Part shown: in pieces, positions 38,510 through 50,692 of the stretch
How the letters are laid out: every line of letters begins with the position of its first letter
Numbering within the stretch: position 1 is the stretch's first letter
Assembly: GCF_044704955.1 (NCBI RefSeq)
Contig: NC_091987.1
Location: forward strand, 181,722,001-181,786,000
Direction of reading: 5' to 3'
Length of the DNA stretch: 64,000 bases
Source of the DNA: Pristiophorus japonicus
Taxonomy: Eukaryota
Position numbers and translations under genes: made by a program
Notes under the pieces: generated by a model
Told to the model about the DNA's origin: nothing
Database searches by the model: none
The model's input: only the letters and a program-made list of their open reading frames with translations

Positions 38510-38950
38510 AGTAACTTGAGCTCATCCAAGATTATGCTGTGCCTATTGTAACTCACACCAAGTCCTTTCATCCATCATCCCTGTGCTCGCCGACCTACAT
38601 TGGCCCCTGGTCCAGAAATACAATTCTTACAATTCTCAGCCTCATGTTCCGATTCCAGCATGGTCTCTCCTTGCCTTATCTCTAACCTCCTCCAGCCCTA
38701 CAACCTTTTGCAAACTCTGCCTTCCTCCAACTCTGGCAGCCTTGCCTTCAGTTGCCTGGGCCCTAAACTCTGGAATTCCCTCCCTCGACCTTTCCGTCTC
38801 TCTACCTCTCTCTCTCTCCTTAAAATCAGCCTTTGCACTAATATCTCCTTATGTGGCTCGGTATCAATTTTTTTTTATGACGCTCTTGTTTTTATGGGCC
38901 TCGGGATGCTTTACTAATTTAAAGGTGCTATATAAATGCAAGTTGTTATT
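38510..38950 (+). mobile_element. L2 3' fragment
   Basis: CCTGTGCTCGCCGACCTACATTGGC..CTCTGGAATTCCCTCCCT..GGTGCTATATAAATGCAAGTTGTT. Confidence 0.75.
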
Positions 38951-39186
38951 GTGTGAATGGGGCTTCTGTCGCATATCTGGTGAAATTACGGCAGTGGAGA
39001 TGGGAGGAGCTGTGAAGAAATTCTCAGCCATTGTTTTGAGTTTAGGTTATCTATTCCCTGACCTGGAGGTCTCTGAAGGCCCCCCCAACCCCGCCCGCCT
39101 CCCACCTCACCCCCATCCCCCCACCACCTCACCCCCATCCCCCCACCATGTCACCATGACTAGAGCTGTAAGCTTTGCTACAAGTG

Positions 39187-39620
39187 CATAGAATCATAGA
39201 ATCTTACAGCAAAGGAGGCCATTAGACCCATCATACTTGAGCCAGCTCTTTGAATGTGCTTTCCACTTCACCCCTCTGCACTTTACCATAGCCCTATATT
39301 TCCTTTTCACGTATTTATGAACGTTACTATTGAATCTGTTTTTAACAGCTTTTCAGGTCGTGCATTCCTGATCGTAACAACTCGCTGCGTAAAAAAACCC
39401 ATCTCCCCTCTGTTTTATAAATTTGTTTCCTTTAGTTACCGACCCTCCTGCCTGTGGAAACCGTTACTCCTTATTTACTCTATCAAAACTCCCCCATAAT
39501 TTTGAACACCTTTATTAAATTTCCCCTTAACCTTCTCTGCTCTAAGGAGAACTATCCCACATAACTGAAGTCCCTGATCCCTGGCATGATTCTGGTAACT
39601 CTCCTCTGCACCATGTCCAG
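39187..39620 (-). mobile_element. Old CR1 3' fragment
   Basis: (CATAGAAT)n tail and CCCCTTAACCTTCTCTGCTCTAAGGAG. Confidence 0.65.
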
Positions 39621-40027
39621 GTACAGCGAACACAGTTCTGCTTCAGCATGACATCTGGAGATCTGAACCCAACCCAATATAACCCAGCACGTGAATCACT
39701 TTGTTCACTGATGCTACATTTTGACCGTATTTTCACTGTAGATGAATTTTTGCTTCAGTGTTTCAAACTACTCTTGTAAGTGATCCCTTGTTCCCTATGT
39801 TCTCAAAAGTGTTTACGCTTGCCCTGATAACTAATTAAGTTTGATAGTGTTGCAGGATAATGAACCGAAAACCTTTCTTTTGACTACATTAGTTACTGGT
39901 TCTATCCAATGCACCCACAGGATCGCCCTGGCATTCAACCAGAAGCAGAATGACAACACTAGACATTGTCTAAGGCTTTTATAACCAAATGAATTTATTG
40001 AACATTAAACGAGCAAGTGAATAACGT

Positions 40028-40771
40028 ATGGCTCTAAACTTGCGGCTTCCTGCGGGGAAATGCCTCCGATCCGAAACTAAAATGCCGGCGTACCTGGTGG
40101 TCTGGGGGGTCCTGGGCCTCTCCGGGTACCCGCGGGTAGAGGCCCACATATCTCGGGAGCGCAGGCGGTTCGAGAACACCCCTGGGATCACGTGGGACAG
40201 CCCAACTAATAAAAGAAGGAAATCCCCATTCATGCTTATGGGGATTCTGTATGTACGGAAATCCCATGAGCATGAATGGGAATACCCCAAAAATACATCT
40301 ACACATCAAATAAATAAGAAAAAAACCATTACATATTTAAACTGAATTAAAATGCTATTTCGTTTGAAATAAAAATTTAATTTTTTGAAAATAAATTTAC
40401 ATGTTTTAAAGGGGCTAAAAATAACCTTACCTTATTTCACAGGTTTTTTTAATGTGTAAATGATTGAAAAAAATTATTTTAATGCTTTTTTAAACTCTTA
40501 TGCTGTTAAAAGCAGGCCTTATGCTTACTTTTATCAGGCCTAAGAATTTCACGTGCATTCACTGGGCAGAAGTTGGGCAAGTAACCCAACGCTCCACCCA
40601 CAGAGGCCCTTTACCTTCGGATGCGTGCGATCTGTCAATCGGATTCTTGACAGATCGCAAGTTCCGGGTTTTTGCACATACGCTTCACGTGTGAAACGTT
40701 GGAACTTGTGCGGGCCTTACGGGCGTGTGTGCACCTCGTACGCGCCTGTAGGAGCTACAAATCAAGGCCCA
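40028..40771. mobile_element. MITE-like element with CpG-rich ends and an AT-rich core
   Basis: Weak TIR TGGCTCTAAACTT vs AAATCAAGGCCCA; internal hairpin at 40225-40280. Confidence 0.4.
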
Positions 40772-41597
40772 TTATATATATATAAGAAAGAAAGAACTTG
40801 CATTTATGTCCATTGTGCTTGCACTAAGTTTCAAATATGTGTCACCAAAACTATCATTGCCAAGGGTTCCCTTGTGGAAGGGTGTTAGCTGGTTGCAGGT
40901 TTCACTAACAAAGGCTGGTATTCTGGTGACACTAAATATCCCTGAGCGTGACATTACGGTTCCTTTCTGATTGGCTAGCCCACTGTGTGGGAGAGAATAC
41001 TAAAAAAATAAACATAATGTGTGAACCAGCAGCAAATTTTCCCCGAGATGTAACCCAAAGCTTGTCCGTATTCAAGCGATGGCACCTCTGAGAGTGCAAC
41101 CCTCCCTCAGTACTGTCAGTGAAGCGTTAACCTAGATTAGGTGCTCAAATGGCAACATCTGGGACTGTTTTGGCTGAGTGGTGCTGCCTGCTTTAAGATA
41201 TCTGTGCCTTAGTAGATCAGGTGCTTCTGGGGAGGGAATGGAAAGGATGAGCACCAGTCCCTTTAAATATGGATCTTCCCTCCCTGAGCCCTTGCAGAAG
41301 GGTTTCAGCCCCTGGCCAATCCAATTGGCTTTTCTCAGACTGTAATGACATAAATCTATCTCAGGTTGGTGAGCAATCAGCTAGCTCTGCCTCCCCACCG
41401 CTTAAGCACAGAGCTGCGTTAATGCAGCGCCTTTCTGATTGGCTAGCCCACTGTGTGGGAGAGAATACTAAAAAAAAATAAACATAATGTGTGAACCAGC
41501 AGCAAATTTTCACCGAGATGTAACCCAAAGCTTGTCCACAAGGGACGGCATTAGATGCCTAGTGAGGGAAGCGTTAGATGCTCAGCAAGGAGTGGTG

Positions 41598-42078
41598 TTC
41601 GAGCCTAGCGAGGGGCTGAGGCCGAGCCCAGCGAGGGGCTGAGGCCGAGCCCAGCGACAGGCGGACGTTGAGCCCAGCGAGGGGAGGCACTCGAGCCCAG
41701 CGAGGGGCGGAGGTTGAGCCCAGCGAGGGGTGGAGGTCGAGCCCAGCGAGGGGAGGCACTCGAGCCTAGCGAGGGGCTGAGGCCGAGCCCAGCGAGAGGC
41801 GGAGGTTGAGCCCAGCGAGGGGAGGCACTCGAGCCCAGCGAGGGGAGGCACTCGAGCCCAGCGAGGGGCGGAGGTCGAGCCCAGCGAGGGGCGGAGGTTG
41901 AGCCCAGCGAGGGGAGGCACTCGAGCCTAGCGAGGGGCGGCGTTCGAGCCCAGCAAGGGGCGGCGTTCGAACCTAGCGAGGGGCTGAGGCCGAGCCCAGC
42001 GAGAGGCGGAGGTTGAGCCCAGCGAGGTGAGGCACTCGAGCCCAGCGAGGGGCGGAGGTCGAGCCCAGCGAGGGGAGG
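41598..42078. repeat. GC-rich minisatellite of about 20-21 bp, about 23 units
   Basis: GAGCCCAGCGAGGGG(CGGAGGTT/AGGCACTC/CTGAGGCC) variants. Confidence 0.95.
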
Positions 42079-42340
42079 CGCAGTATTTAACAGCAGTGGG
42101 GTCGTGGTTCAGGGGAGGTGCATCAGAGCTTGGTCTCCAGTTGTATTGGTCAATCCTTGCCACTGGACCAAGACCTAGCTCTGTCAAACCCGTGTGGTGG
42201 CTGATGTGCAACGGTCACCACACGTTAAAAAAATCCACGCACAGGCATCTTCCACTCTTTAAGATGTAACTCATTGTAACACCTGTGAGCCCATCTTTTT
42301 TTGGTGTGAAGAGTGTCATCCTTGTCACGAGGGACTGCTT
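42079..42340 (+). mobile_element. Body and 3' end of an RTE-tailed retroposon
   Basis: CCTTGCCACTGGA..GTGTGGTGGCTGATGTGCAACGGTCACCACACGTTAAAAAAATCCACGCACAGGCATCTTCCAC..GAGGGACTGC, the reverse complement of the 24022/34416 family. Confidence 0.7.
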
Positions 42341-42924
42341 CATCGCAGTAGTTCTCATACGCACACTAATCTTCACACTTGTACATTTTCATGTATATTT
42401 TACAATTTATAAAAGGCGGAGTCTACATACATGACGAACCTACCCTGTCAACCCTGCACATCAACCCTACCAAATACCAACCAACACATCAATACAAACA
42501 TAGGCATTCAGGGAATCAAAGGGTGGCAAATATAATTCCTCTCACTTCCCAGCGTGGGGCAAAGTCATATCTAAAATTGCCACAACGCAGCATTAACTTA
42601 GACTTTCTTACTGTTAGTCAGAAGTACTTACCTGTCGACGCTCCATTCTGTAGACCACCTCACTCCTGCACCTGGAGCAGCTAGTCATGTACCCTGCAAG
42701 GTGGAGCTGGCCAACAGATCCAACAAGCCCTCAAAATGTTTTTATAAATCATTCTGATTTAAATAATTGCAAATTAATGAAATTAGTGAAGGAGGGATGT
42801 GGCAAGCAAAGGATGGCTCCCTGACAAAACTATATTGACCCTATTCCCTCTATTTCATTAGGTTGTGGGGGCTGGCAGAGGGGAGACCATGATGCTGAGA
42901 TGTGATAGACAGCCTGGTTAAAGA

Positions 42925-43515
42925 ACGAAAGAACTTGCACTTATATAGCGCCTTTCACATCCTCAGCAGTTCCAAAGCCAATTAATTATCTTTGAAGTGT
43001 AGTCACTGGTGTAAGTTCTCTTCTTCTTAGGTGGTCCCTCGAATCGAGGATGACTTGCATCTTCGCCAAAAAGGGATGAGTTCAATGAGTTCACAGGTGT
43101 TTCAATGAAGGACCTAATATTCCAGGTCCTGATCTGCATATTGAAGGGTGGAAGATGCCTGTGCGTGGATTTTTTTAACGTGTGGTGGCCGTTGATTTAG
43201 GCAAATGCAGGAGCACAGTAAGCTCCCATAAATAACAATTAGATAAATGACCAGCTAATCTCTTTTAGTGGAGTTGGTTGAGGGATAAATGTTGGCCAGG
43301 AGACCTGGAGAACTCCCTCGCTCTTTGAATAGTGCCATGGGTCGTTTACATCCATCTTGAGTATGCAGGTGGGGGTCACATTTTAACATCTCATTCAAAC
43401 GATGGCACCCCTTGACAGTGCAGCCCTCCCTCAGTACTGTCAGTGAAGCGGTAACCGAGATTAGGTGCTCAAATCTCAGGAGTGGGACTTGAACTCATGT
43501 GCTACTACTGAATTC
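42925..43515 (-). mobile_element. Deu-domain SINE with a nested RTE-tailed fragment (about 43018-43193)
   Basis: SINE halves flank a (GAA)n-tailed insert. Confidence 0.75.
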
Positions 43516-43765
43516 AGGCATGTAGCTAATTGTCTGTCCATAGGGCAGATTTGAAAGAGTAAGAGAAAATATGAGATAAGTCAAGAATTAAGTAATGCCA
43601 AGTTCTAGAGGCCTACATACTATAGGAGAAAGACTGAGGGATGCAAGGAGTTGAACAGTTTTGAGGTCTGGGAGAGAGTAAGTTAGAGGAGGAGGTAGTG
43701 TGATGAACCTTGGGATCAACATCATGGAAGTACAGGAAGGAGGGGCGATCAATTCAAACACTCTC

Positions 43766-44438
43766 TGGCCTAGAACTTCGGGTCATTAGCGCCCCCCGTT
43801 AGCATCACCGGGGGGCGCTACAGGACGCAATGACTATTCGCAGTATCGTTAATGACTCCTGTTAAATTCCGTTTAGCGGCTGCAGTAACCCGTAGCGCCC
43901 ACTCCACTGCACCGGTGATGACATCATCGCCGTGCGCGGTGCCCCGTTATCACCCCAGCCCCTAACTTGGGCGATGCTAGCAATAGCTTCAGGGGACGTG
44001 TACTGGGCTGCCGGCCGCTCGTGGGGCGATAGGAAAAGGGGAGGCGGCGAACCTTGGAAAACAAATTCCGATGATTTTTGTCGAGCGCTTTGCACGCAGT
44101 GTCCATGCCGCGATCGGTCAGTTCAGCACTCTGCTGCTGGCGAGGCACCCCCGCTCCCTGGTGGTCCGTGCAGTGCAGAGTTTGCAGCTTGGGCCCTTCC
44201 CTGTTATGAAGGGAACAGCCCTCCCTACACGGCAGTGCTATGCGGCCCAGTGCGTATCGCTACGCCCGCTCCCGATCTGTCCGTCCCGCTAGTGCCCCAG
44301 AAAGGAAGTGGGGGTGCGTTATTTTGCGCTCCACTTCCATTCGGGGGCGGTAACCCCAATTTAGCGAGTGGGGCGGGACTTCAGTGCCTGGTGCAAAAGG
44401 TACCGCCCCCTTGGTGAGGCGCAACGGAATTTTTCCCC
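43766..44438. mobile_element. CpG-rich MITE-like element related to 14929-15593
   Basis: TTAGCGCCCC/GGGGCGCTA subterminal motifs; ends GGCCTAGAACTT and AATTTTTCCCC. Confidence 0.45.
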
Positions 44439-45404
44439 GAGTGTGTTTCTTGGTCTCTTTTCATAATTTCTGTAACCTTTAACTGCAGTGACAAAAAATA
44501 TTCAGTACTTGTTGGATTACTTCTTGCTGGCCAAGTATACACAGGGTTAAAGTTAAATACTGTGAGGTGGTTTTTCACGCTGCGGAGAATATACGTCCAC
44601 TATGCACCTCAGGACAAGGCAGGGCTGTGCATAATTCAGCAAGGCCCTGGTCAGCATGTTTGATTGCCGCCATTGTACTTGTATGGGGATCCATCTAACG
44701 GGGCATTCCGTGTTGGGCCCAGACCAAGGAGTCAAACCACCCCATTCGATTCAAACATTCCAGTCATTTAAAGTAGTGCGCTCAAACATTTAAAGTAGTG
44801 GGTTGCATTGACAGTTGTCCTGAGGTGAAGAAGTGAGTCAGATTGTGAGGGCAACAGAAACATGATCCTTCGCAGTCCCTTTGGCAGACAGCAGCTTCTG
44901 ATTGTGGGCTCCTGTTTGGCCACCTGAGCCCAGCTCACCAGGCAGTCTGAATCCAACAGCGATACAGGGCGCATCAGAGGTGGTAACACACAGCCACGTA
45001 AGAAGTAGAGATCTTTCAATCGCTAATATTATGTTGCTAGCTGGTGCACTAAAAGGATCTTTATTGGTTGAGAATAGTAAAGTTTGTAATTACTGTGGAT
45101 AAATTCTGTGTGTGTTGAGGACTGTTCATTTACCTGTTTAATGTTCAATCAATTTGTGTGGTGTTTTATCGACTGAGTCTCGGTCTGATTGAATGTTCAC
45201 TCTACTCATCATCCAAAGTCAAGGAGATTGGATGGTGGCTCATAATATATTCAGTTGGAAGGAGTCGACCATCAAGGGTTCTCCTCCATCCCTGGGTCTC
45301 ACTACATTTATCTGGGTATTGGGCAGTAAAGCACAATCTGCTCTGGAGTGACACAAAGTCTGTGCACAGGGCTAGTTTGTGACACGGAGCCCAAGGAGAA
45401 TATC

Positions 45405-46118
45405 TAATATCACCAATCACCCCTGTGCTCGCTGAACTACATTGACTCCCAGTTAAGCAACGCCTCGATTTCAAAATTCTCATCCTTGTTTTCAAATCCC
45501 TCTATGGACTCACCCCTCCCTATCTCTGTAACCTCCTCCAGCCCAACAACCCCCCCCTCCCCCGAAACATCTGTGCTCCTCTAATTCTGCCATCTTGAGC
45601 ATCCCTGATTATACCGCTCAACCATTGGTAGCTGTGCCTTCTGTTGCCCAGGCCCCATGCTCTGGAATTCCCTGTCTAAACCTCTCCGCCTTGCTACCTC
45701 TCTTTCCTCCTTCAAGATGCTCCTTAAAACATATCTCTTTGACCAAAATTTTGGTCACCTGCGCTAATTTCTACCTATGCGGCTCGGTGTCAAATTTTTT
45801 ATCACATACTTTTCCTGATGCGCACGTGAGACTCACATCGGAGAGATCAAAAATAATTCCACGAGTTTGACAACATGCTGATGACCTCACAAGTTCAGCT
45901 TCCCCTGATTCTTTTAGCCTACAATCACTTCAAAAATTGGAAACATCTTTGACTGAAAATACAAAACACAGTAAGAAAGGTAAAAAACAACATGAATTTA
46001 TATAGCGCCTTTAACGTAGTAAAACGTCCCATGGCGCTTCACAGACTCGATGTCAAATTTTTATCGCATAATACTCCTACATTAAAGGCGCTATACAAAT
46101 ACAAGTTGTTGTTGTTGT
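45405..46118 (+). mobile_element. L2 3' fragments
   Basis: CCCTGTGCTCGCTGAACTACATTG..CTCTGGAATTCCCT..GGCTCGGTGTCAAATTT; tail AAAGGCGCTATACAAATACAAGTTGTTG. Confidence 0.75.
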
Positions 46119-46306
46119 TAAAAACTGCAAAAAGTAACAAGTACCAGAGTGCCAACATGTCTGTACCAGTGGCACTGCGCATAGGACTTGTACAAGTTAC
46201 CTGTAAATCTGCTTGGGACAAGCCCATATAAAAGTACAGCGTGTACAGAATCTCCATCCCACAGTCATGGCATCTCCTTCCCAAATCCCTTGGAATAACA
46301 GTATTT

Positions 46307-47672
46307 CATAAGAACATAAGAATTAGGAGCAGGAGTAGGTCATTCGGCCTCTCGAGCCTGCTCCGCCATTCAATAAGATCAAGGTTGATCTACCTCAACT
46401 TCTTCCCGCACTATCCCCATATCTCTTAATTCCCTTAGTTCTCAAAAATTTATCGACCTCTGTCTTGAATATACTCAACGACTGAGCATCCACTGCTCTC
46501 TGGGGTAGAGAATTCCAAAGATTCACAACCCTTTGACTGAAGAAATTTCTCCTCATCTCAGTCCAAAATGACTTGCCCCTAATTCTGAGACTATGACCCG
46601 TGTTCTAGACTCCCCAGCCAAGGGAAACTTCTTCTCAGCATTAATCCTGTCAAGCCTTGTAAGAATTTTATATGTTTCAATTAGATCACCTCTCATTCTT
46701 CTAAACTCTAGGGAATACAGATCTAGTCTACTCACACTCTCCTCATGGGGCAATCCCTTTATCCCAGGAACCAGTCTAGTGAACCTTCGTTGCGCTCCCT
46801 CGAAGGCAAGCCTGTCTTTCCTCAGGTAAAGAGACCAGAACTGCACACAGTACTCCAAGTGTGGCCGCACCAATGCCCTGTATAATTAAAATAAGACTTC
46901 TTCTAATTCCTTTGTAACAATAGCTAACAAGACTATTTGCTTTCTTAATTGCTTGCTGTACCTGCATGTTAACTTTCAGTGATTCATGTACAAGGACACC
47001 CAGGTCCCTCTGAGTACAAACTTTTCCCAATCTCTCACCATCCAGAAAATATTCTGCTTTTTTGTTTTTCCAACCAAAGTGGATAACTTCACACTTCCCC
47101 ACATTGTATTCCATTTGCCATGTTCTTGCCCACTCAGTCAACCTGCTATATCTCCCTGCAGCCTCCTTGTGTCCTCCTCACAGCTTGCTTTACCACCTAA
47201 CTTTGTACCATCAGCAAACTTGGATACTGTTATATATGTACACTATAGATATACTCTCTGTGTAATCACTGTATAGTTGCATAAGATGGAGACTTGTTTA
47301 CTGGAGGTACCATCAATAAGGTTCACACTGTATACACTATACTGGAACCACCAGAGGGTGCAATTGGTGGAGGTCCAGGGGTCACCTGTACACCACAAGT
47401 ACCCAGGTATCAAAGGGAGTCCACAATGTGGTATCCTCACTCTGGAGTTATATTAAATGGACTAAGGTCACTACAGTTCAAATGCAATACTTTGCCTCGT
47501 GGAGTCATTATCAGAGCATCTAAAGGCATAACAGGTACGTTACTCTCAGTCTCTTCCTCCATGTCATCAATATAGATTGTGAATAGCTGGGCCCCAAGCA
47601 CCGATCTTTGCATACCCCGCTAGTTGCGGCTGGCCAATCCGGGAAAGTCCCGTTTATTCCTACTCTCTGTTT
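46307..47672 (-). mobile_element. CR1 fragment interrupted by a solo LTR
   Basis: RPHLEYCVQFW and EWARTWQMEYN peptides; ATAAGAAC tail. Confidence 0.9.
47228..47533 (+). mobile_element. Solo LTR related to the Gypsy LTR at 26795
   Basis: TGTTA..TAACA termini, TSD GATAC/GGTAC, 3' third shares ATCCTCACTCTGGAGTTA..AAGGTCACTACAGTTCAA..TGGAGTCATTAT. Confidence 0.85.
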
Positions 47673-48007
47673 TCATCCAGGGGGTTTGAGCACCCAGTCA
47701 AGCTAATTGCCAGCTATATGCCTACCCAGGTAAGTGCTGCTGGTTGTGGGAGTATTTGTTAAGGAGCCATCATTCTGTTTTCTGCACATCATGCTGAAGA
47801 AACAGGAATGAAAGAGCCCAGTGTCCTCAGCAGGAGAGCAGCACTGCAGCGCCACCCTGTGTCCAGAATGTCACAATACACCAACACAGTCCATGATTAT
47901 AATTTAAGGCATGGAAACCCTTATTGCTTCTGGGATTCTCCCACTCCATTACGTAACTTTGACAGTATTTTGGGGGCATTGTCTAAGAATAAGGGATTGT
48001 TCGTTTA

Positions 48008-48274
48008 GAATTGAGATGGGGAGGAATTTCTTCTCTCAGAGGGCATAAATCTGTGGAATTCTCTGCCCCAGAGAGCTGTGGTGGCTGGGTCACTGAATAT
48101 ATTTAAGGTGGAAATCGACAGATTTTTGAACGATAAGGGAGTGAAGGGTTATGGAGAGTGGGCAGGGAAGTGGAGCTGAGTCCATGATCAGATCAGCCAT
48201 GATCTTATTAAATGGCGGAGCACGCTTGAGGGGCCAAATGGCCGGCTCCTGCTCCTATTTCTTATGTTCTTATG
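48008..48274 (+). mobile_element. CR1 3' end
   Basis: Matches 8685-8952. Confidence 0.9.
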
Positions 48275-48334
48275 TTTGGCACAAACCTCAGTTATGGCAG
48301 GGGAATGGGAGAAGCTGAATGGAAATTCAACAGC

Positions 48335-48710
48335 AAATATATATAGCGCCATTAACGTAACAAAGGCACTTCACAGGAGCTTTACCAAACACAATTTGAC
48401 ACTGAGCCACATAAGGAGATATTAGGTCAGGTGATCAAAAGCTTGGTCAAAGAGGTAGGTTTAATGAGAGTCTTAAAGAAGGAGTGAGAGAGGTAGAGAG
48501 GCGGACAGATTTAGGGAGGGAATTTCCAAAATTTAAGGTCTAGGCAGCTGAAGATACGAACCCCAATGATGGAGCGATTAAAATCGGGGATGCTCAAGAG
48601 GCCAGAATTGGAGGAGCACAGAGATCTTGGAAGATTGTAGGGCTGGAGGAAGTTACAGAGATAGGGAGGCCATTGAGGGATTTGAATGCAAGGATGAGAA
48701 TTTTAAATTC
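48335..48710 (-). mobile_element. L2 3' fragment
   Basis: Reverse complement of the 45460-45800 family. Confidence 0.75.
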
Positions 48711-48794
48711 ACTCCCTTAGTAACCGATGTCTTTGAGCAGGGGTCCCTGACTACCGAGCAGGATCAGATATTCCGAATGTTTTCTACTCCCTGG

Positions 48795-50056
48795 TGTAAG
48801 AATGTATCTTTGCGTTCACTGTATTGTTTGCTGTAAGAATCTGTAAAACTTGACAAAAATGGCAAAACTTGACCAAAGATTTAACCAGCATGCTTTGCGA
48901 GGCCAGGAGACGAGTTGCTGCGAAGCTGTCTGATCAAAAGAAACTGCTGAACTCTGCAGGCTGCCTTTCTCACAGATAGAAGGAGTAACCGACCTTAGAC
49001 AGACGGTGGAGATATCCCGAGAAATTGATAAGACCATCTGTGGACAATGAGGTTTTTTGCGGATATTTAAGTAAACATTTAATTAACTGAGTTTTAATGG
49101 AAAAAAAAACAACTGCCAGTCTAAAGTGGGCAAGTGACCAAGACTTTAGGTATAAACCGAGCTGCGAAAAGACACACGTTACTGCAGTCAAGAGAGAGAG
49201 GGCAACTTAATCAGTTGCCAGTTAAAGTCATGTGTCTAGCCATCAACAAACCGACCACTCGCAGGTGTCAAAGGTTTTGGGGAGCGGGCAGGGAAGTGGA
49301 GTTGAGGCCAAGATCAGATCAGCCGTGGTGCTATTAAATGGCGGAGCAGGCTCAAGGGGTCAAATGGCCTACTCCTGCTCCTATTTCTTATGTTCTTATG
49401 AATTCGATGTTTGCTTATCATCACATGATCTGAGAGTACGGGGATATTACTGTGTGCGGAAGTATAATCAGGGCTATTATATGCTACAGTTCTGTGTGAC
49501 CTTATTTGTATTTCCCTGCTGTCTTTAGATAAAAGAAGTTTTGTTTTACTGCAGTGTCACCGATGGTCCCCAGCGGAGGGTCTGGTGTGGCCCAGAGGCT
49601 TTTCTGTTGTTTGTTGTGTGGGTCTGAACTTTGGAAACTGTCGGATGGGGCAAGGTGGGGCTACCGTAGTCCTACAGGCGGACGGGGGAGGGGTGGTTCT
49701 ACCACGACTTGGATTCTGGCCCATAGATTCTGAGACCTGTTGCGGTGCTCCTGATGCCAGCCAAATCTACAGAGACCAGATCTGTGCCACACCTCACAGG
49801 ACAGTCCCCCACTGGAGCACAGTATTCTGCGTATATTCAACACTCAACATTCAATCCTCTTTTGAAGCCTCCTTTTTGATCAACGATTCCACGTTGCCCT
49901 GGCCATAGTTGCTGCTGATGCTGGTTTGCCGTGTTTTACTGTCGTGTCACCGATGGTCCTCAGCAGAGGGTCTGGTGTGGTCCACAGAGACTCTGGAGCC
50001 AATCCTCGGACCTTCAGATACAAATTCAGAATCCCAAGAAAACCTATTGATCTACA
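48795..50056 (+). mobile_element. Putative long LTR-like sequence with a nested CR1 tail (49271-49400)
   Basis: TGTAAG..CTACA candidate termini, TATAAA at 49151, ATAAAA near 49529; no convincing TSD. Confidence 0.35.
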
Positions 50057-50280
50057 ATACTGGGAGGAAGATTTCTCTTGTGCACAATGCGTCGCAAAAT
50101 TGTAAATACATTTCTACAGGAACAGGTTTCAGTTTTCATTGCACGCAGCGATTGAACTTGCGCCATTCTTTGGACTGAGCTGGACTGCCTGTGTCTGAGT
50201 GCCACCTGCTGGACTATATGTGGTATAACTACCAGCCAGTGCTGTAACCCTTTCTCACCATTTCCAGCTCACTCCTGTGT

Positions 50281-50692
50281 CATCATCATAGGCAGTCCCT
50301 CGGGATCGAGGAAGACTTGCTTCCACTCCTGAAGTGAGTTCTTTGGTGGCTGAACAGTCCAATACAAAAGCCACAGACCCTGTCACAGATGGGACAGATA
50401 GTCGTTAAGGGAAGGGGTGGGTGGGACAGGTTTGCCACACGCTCTTTCCGCTGCCTGCGCTTGATTTCTGCAGGCTCTCAGCGATGAGACTCAAGATGCT
50501 CAGCACCCTCTCCGATGCACTTCCTCCACTTCGGGCGGTCTTTGGCCAGGGACTCCCAGGTGTCAGTGGGGATGTCGCAGTTTATCAGGGAGATTCTGAG
50601 GGTGTCCTTGTAACGTTTCTGCTGCCCACCTTTGGCTCGTTTGCCGTGAAGGAGTTCCGAGTAGAGCGTTTGCTTTGGGAGTCTCGTGTCTG
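50281..50692 (-). mobile_element. RTE LINE 3' fragment
   Basis: Matches 16431-16800; (GAT)n tail. Confidence 0.85.

Noticed and set aside
41598-42078. CRISPR-like array of short repeats
   Set aside because: The intervening segments are 5-8 bp recurring variants, not unique spacers; eukaryotic context and no cas genes.
44561-45306. Possible solo LTR (TGTGAG..CTACA)
   Set aside because: No TSD and no second copy in the window to support the boundaries.
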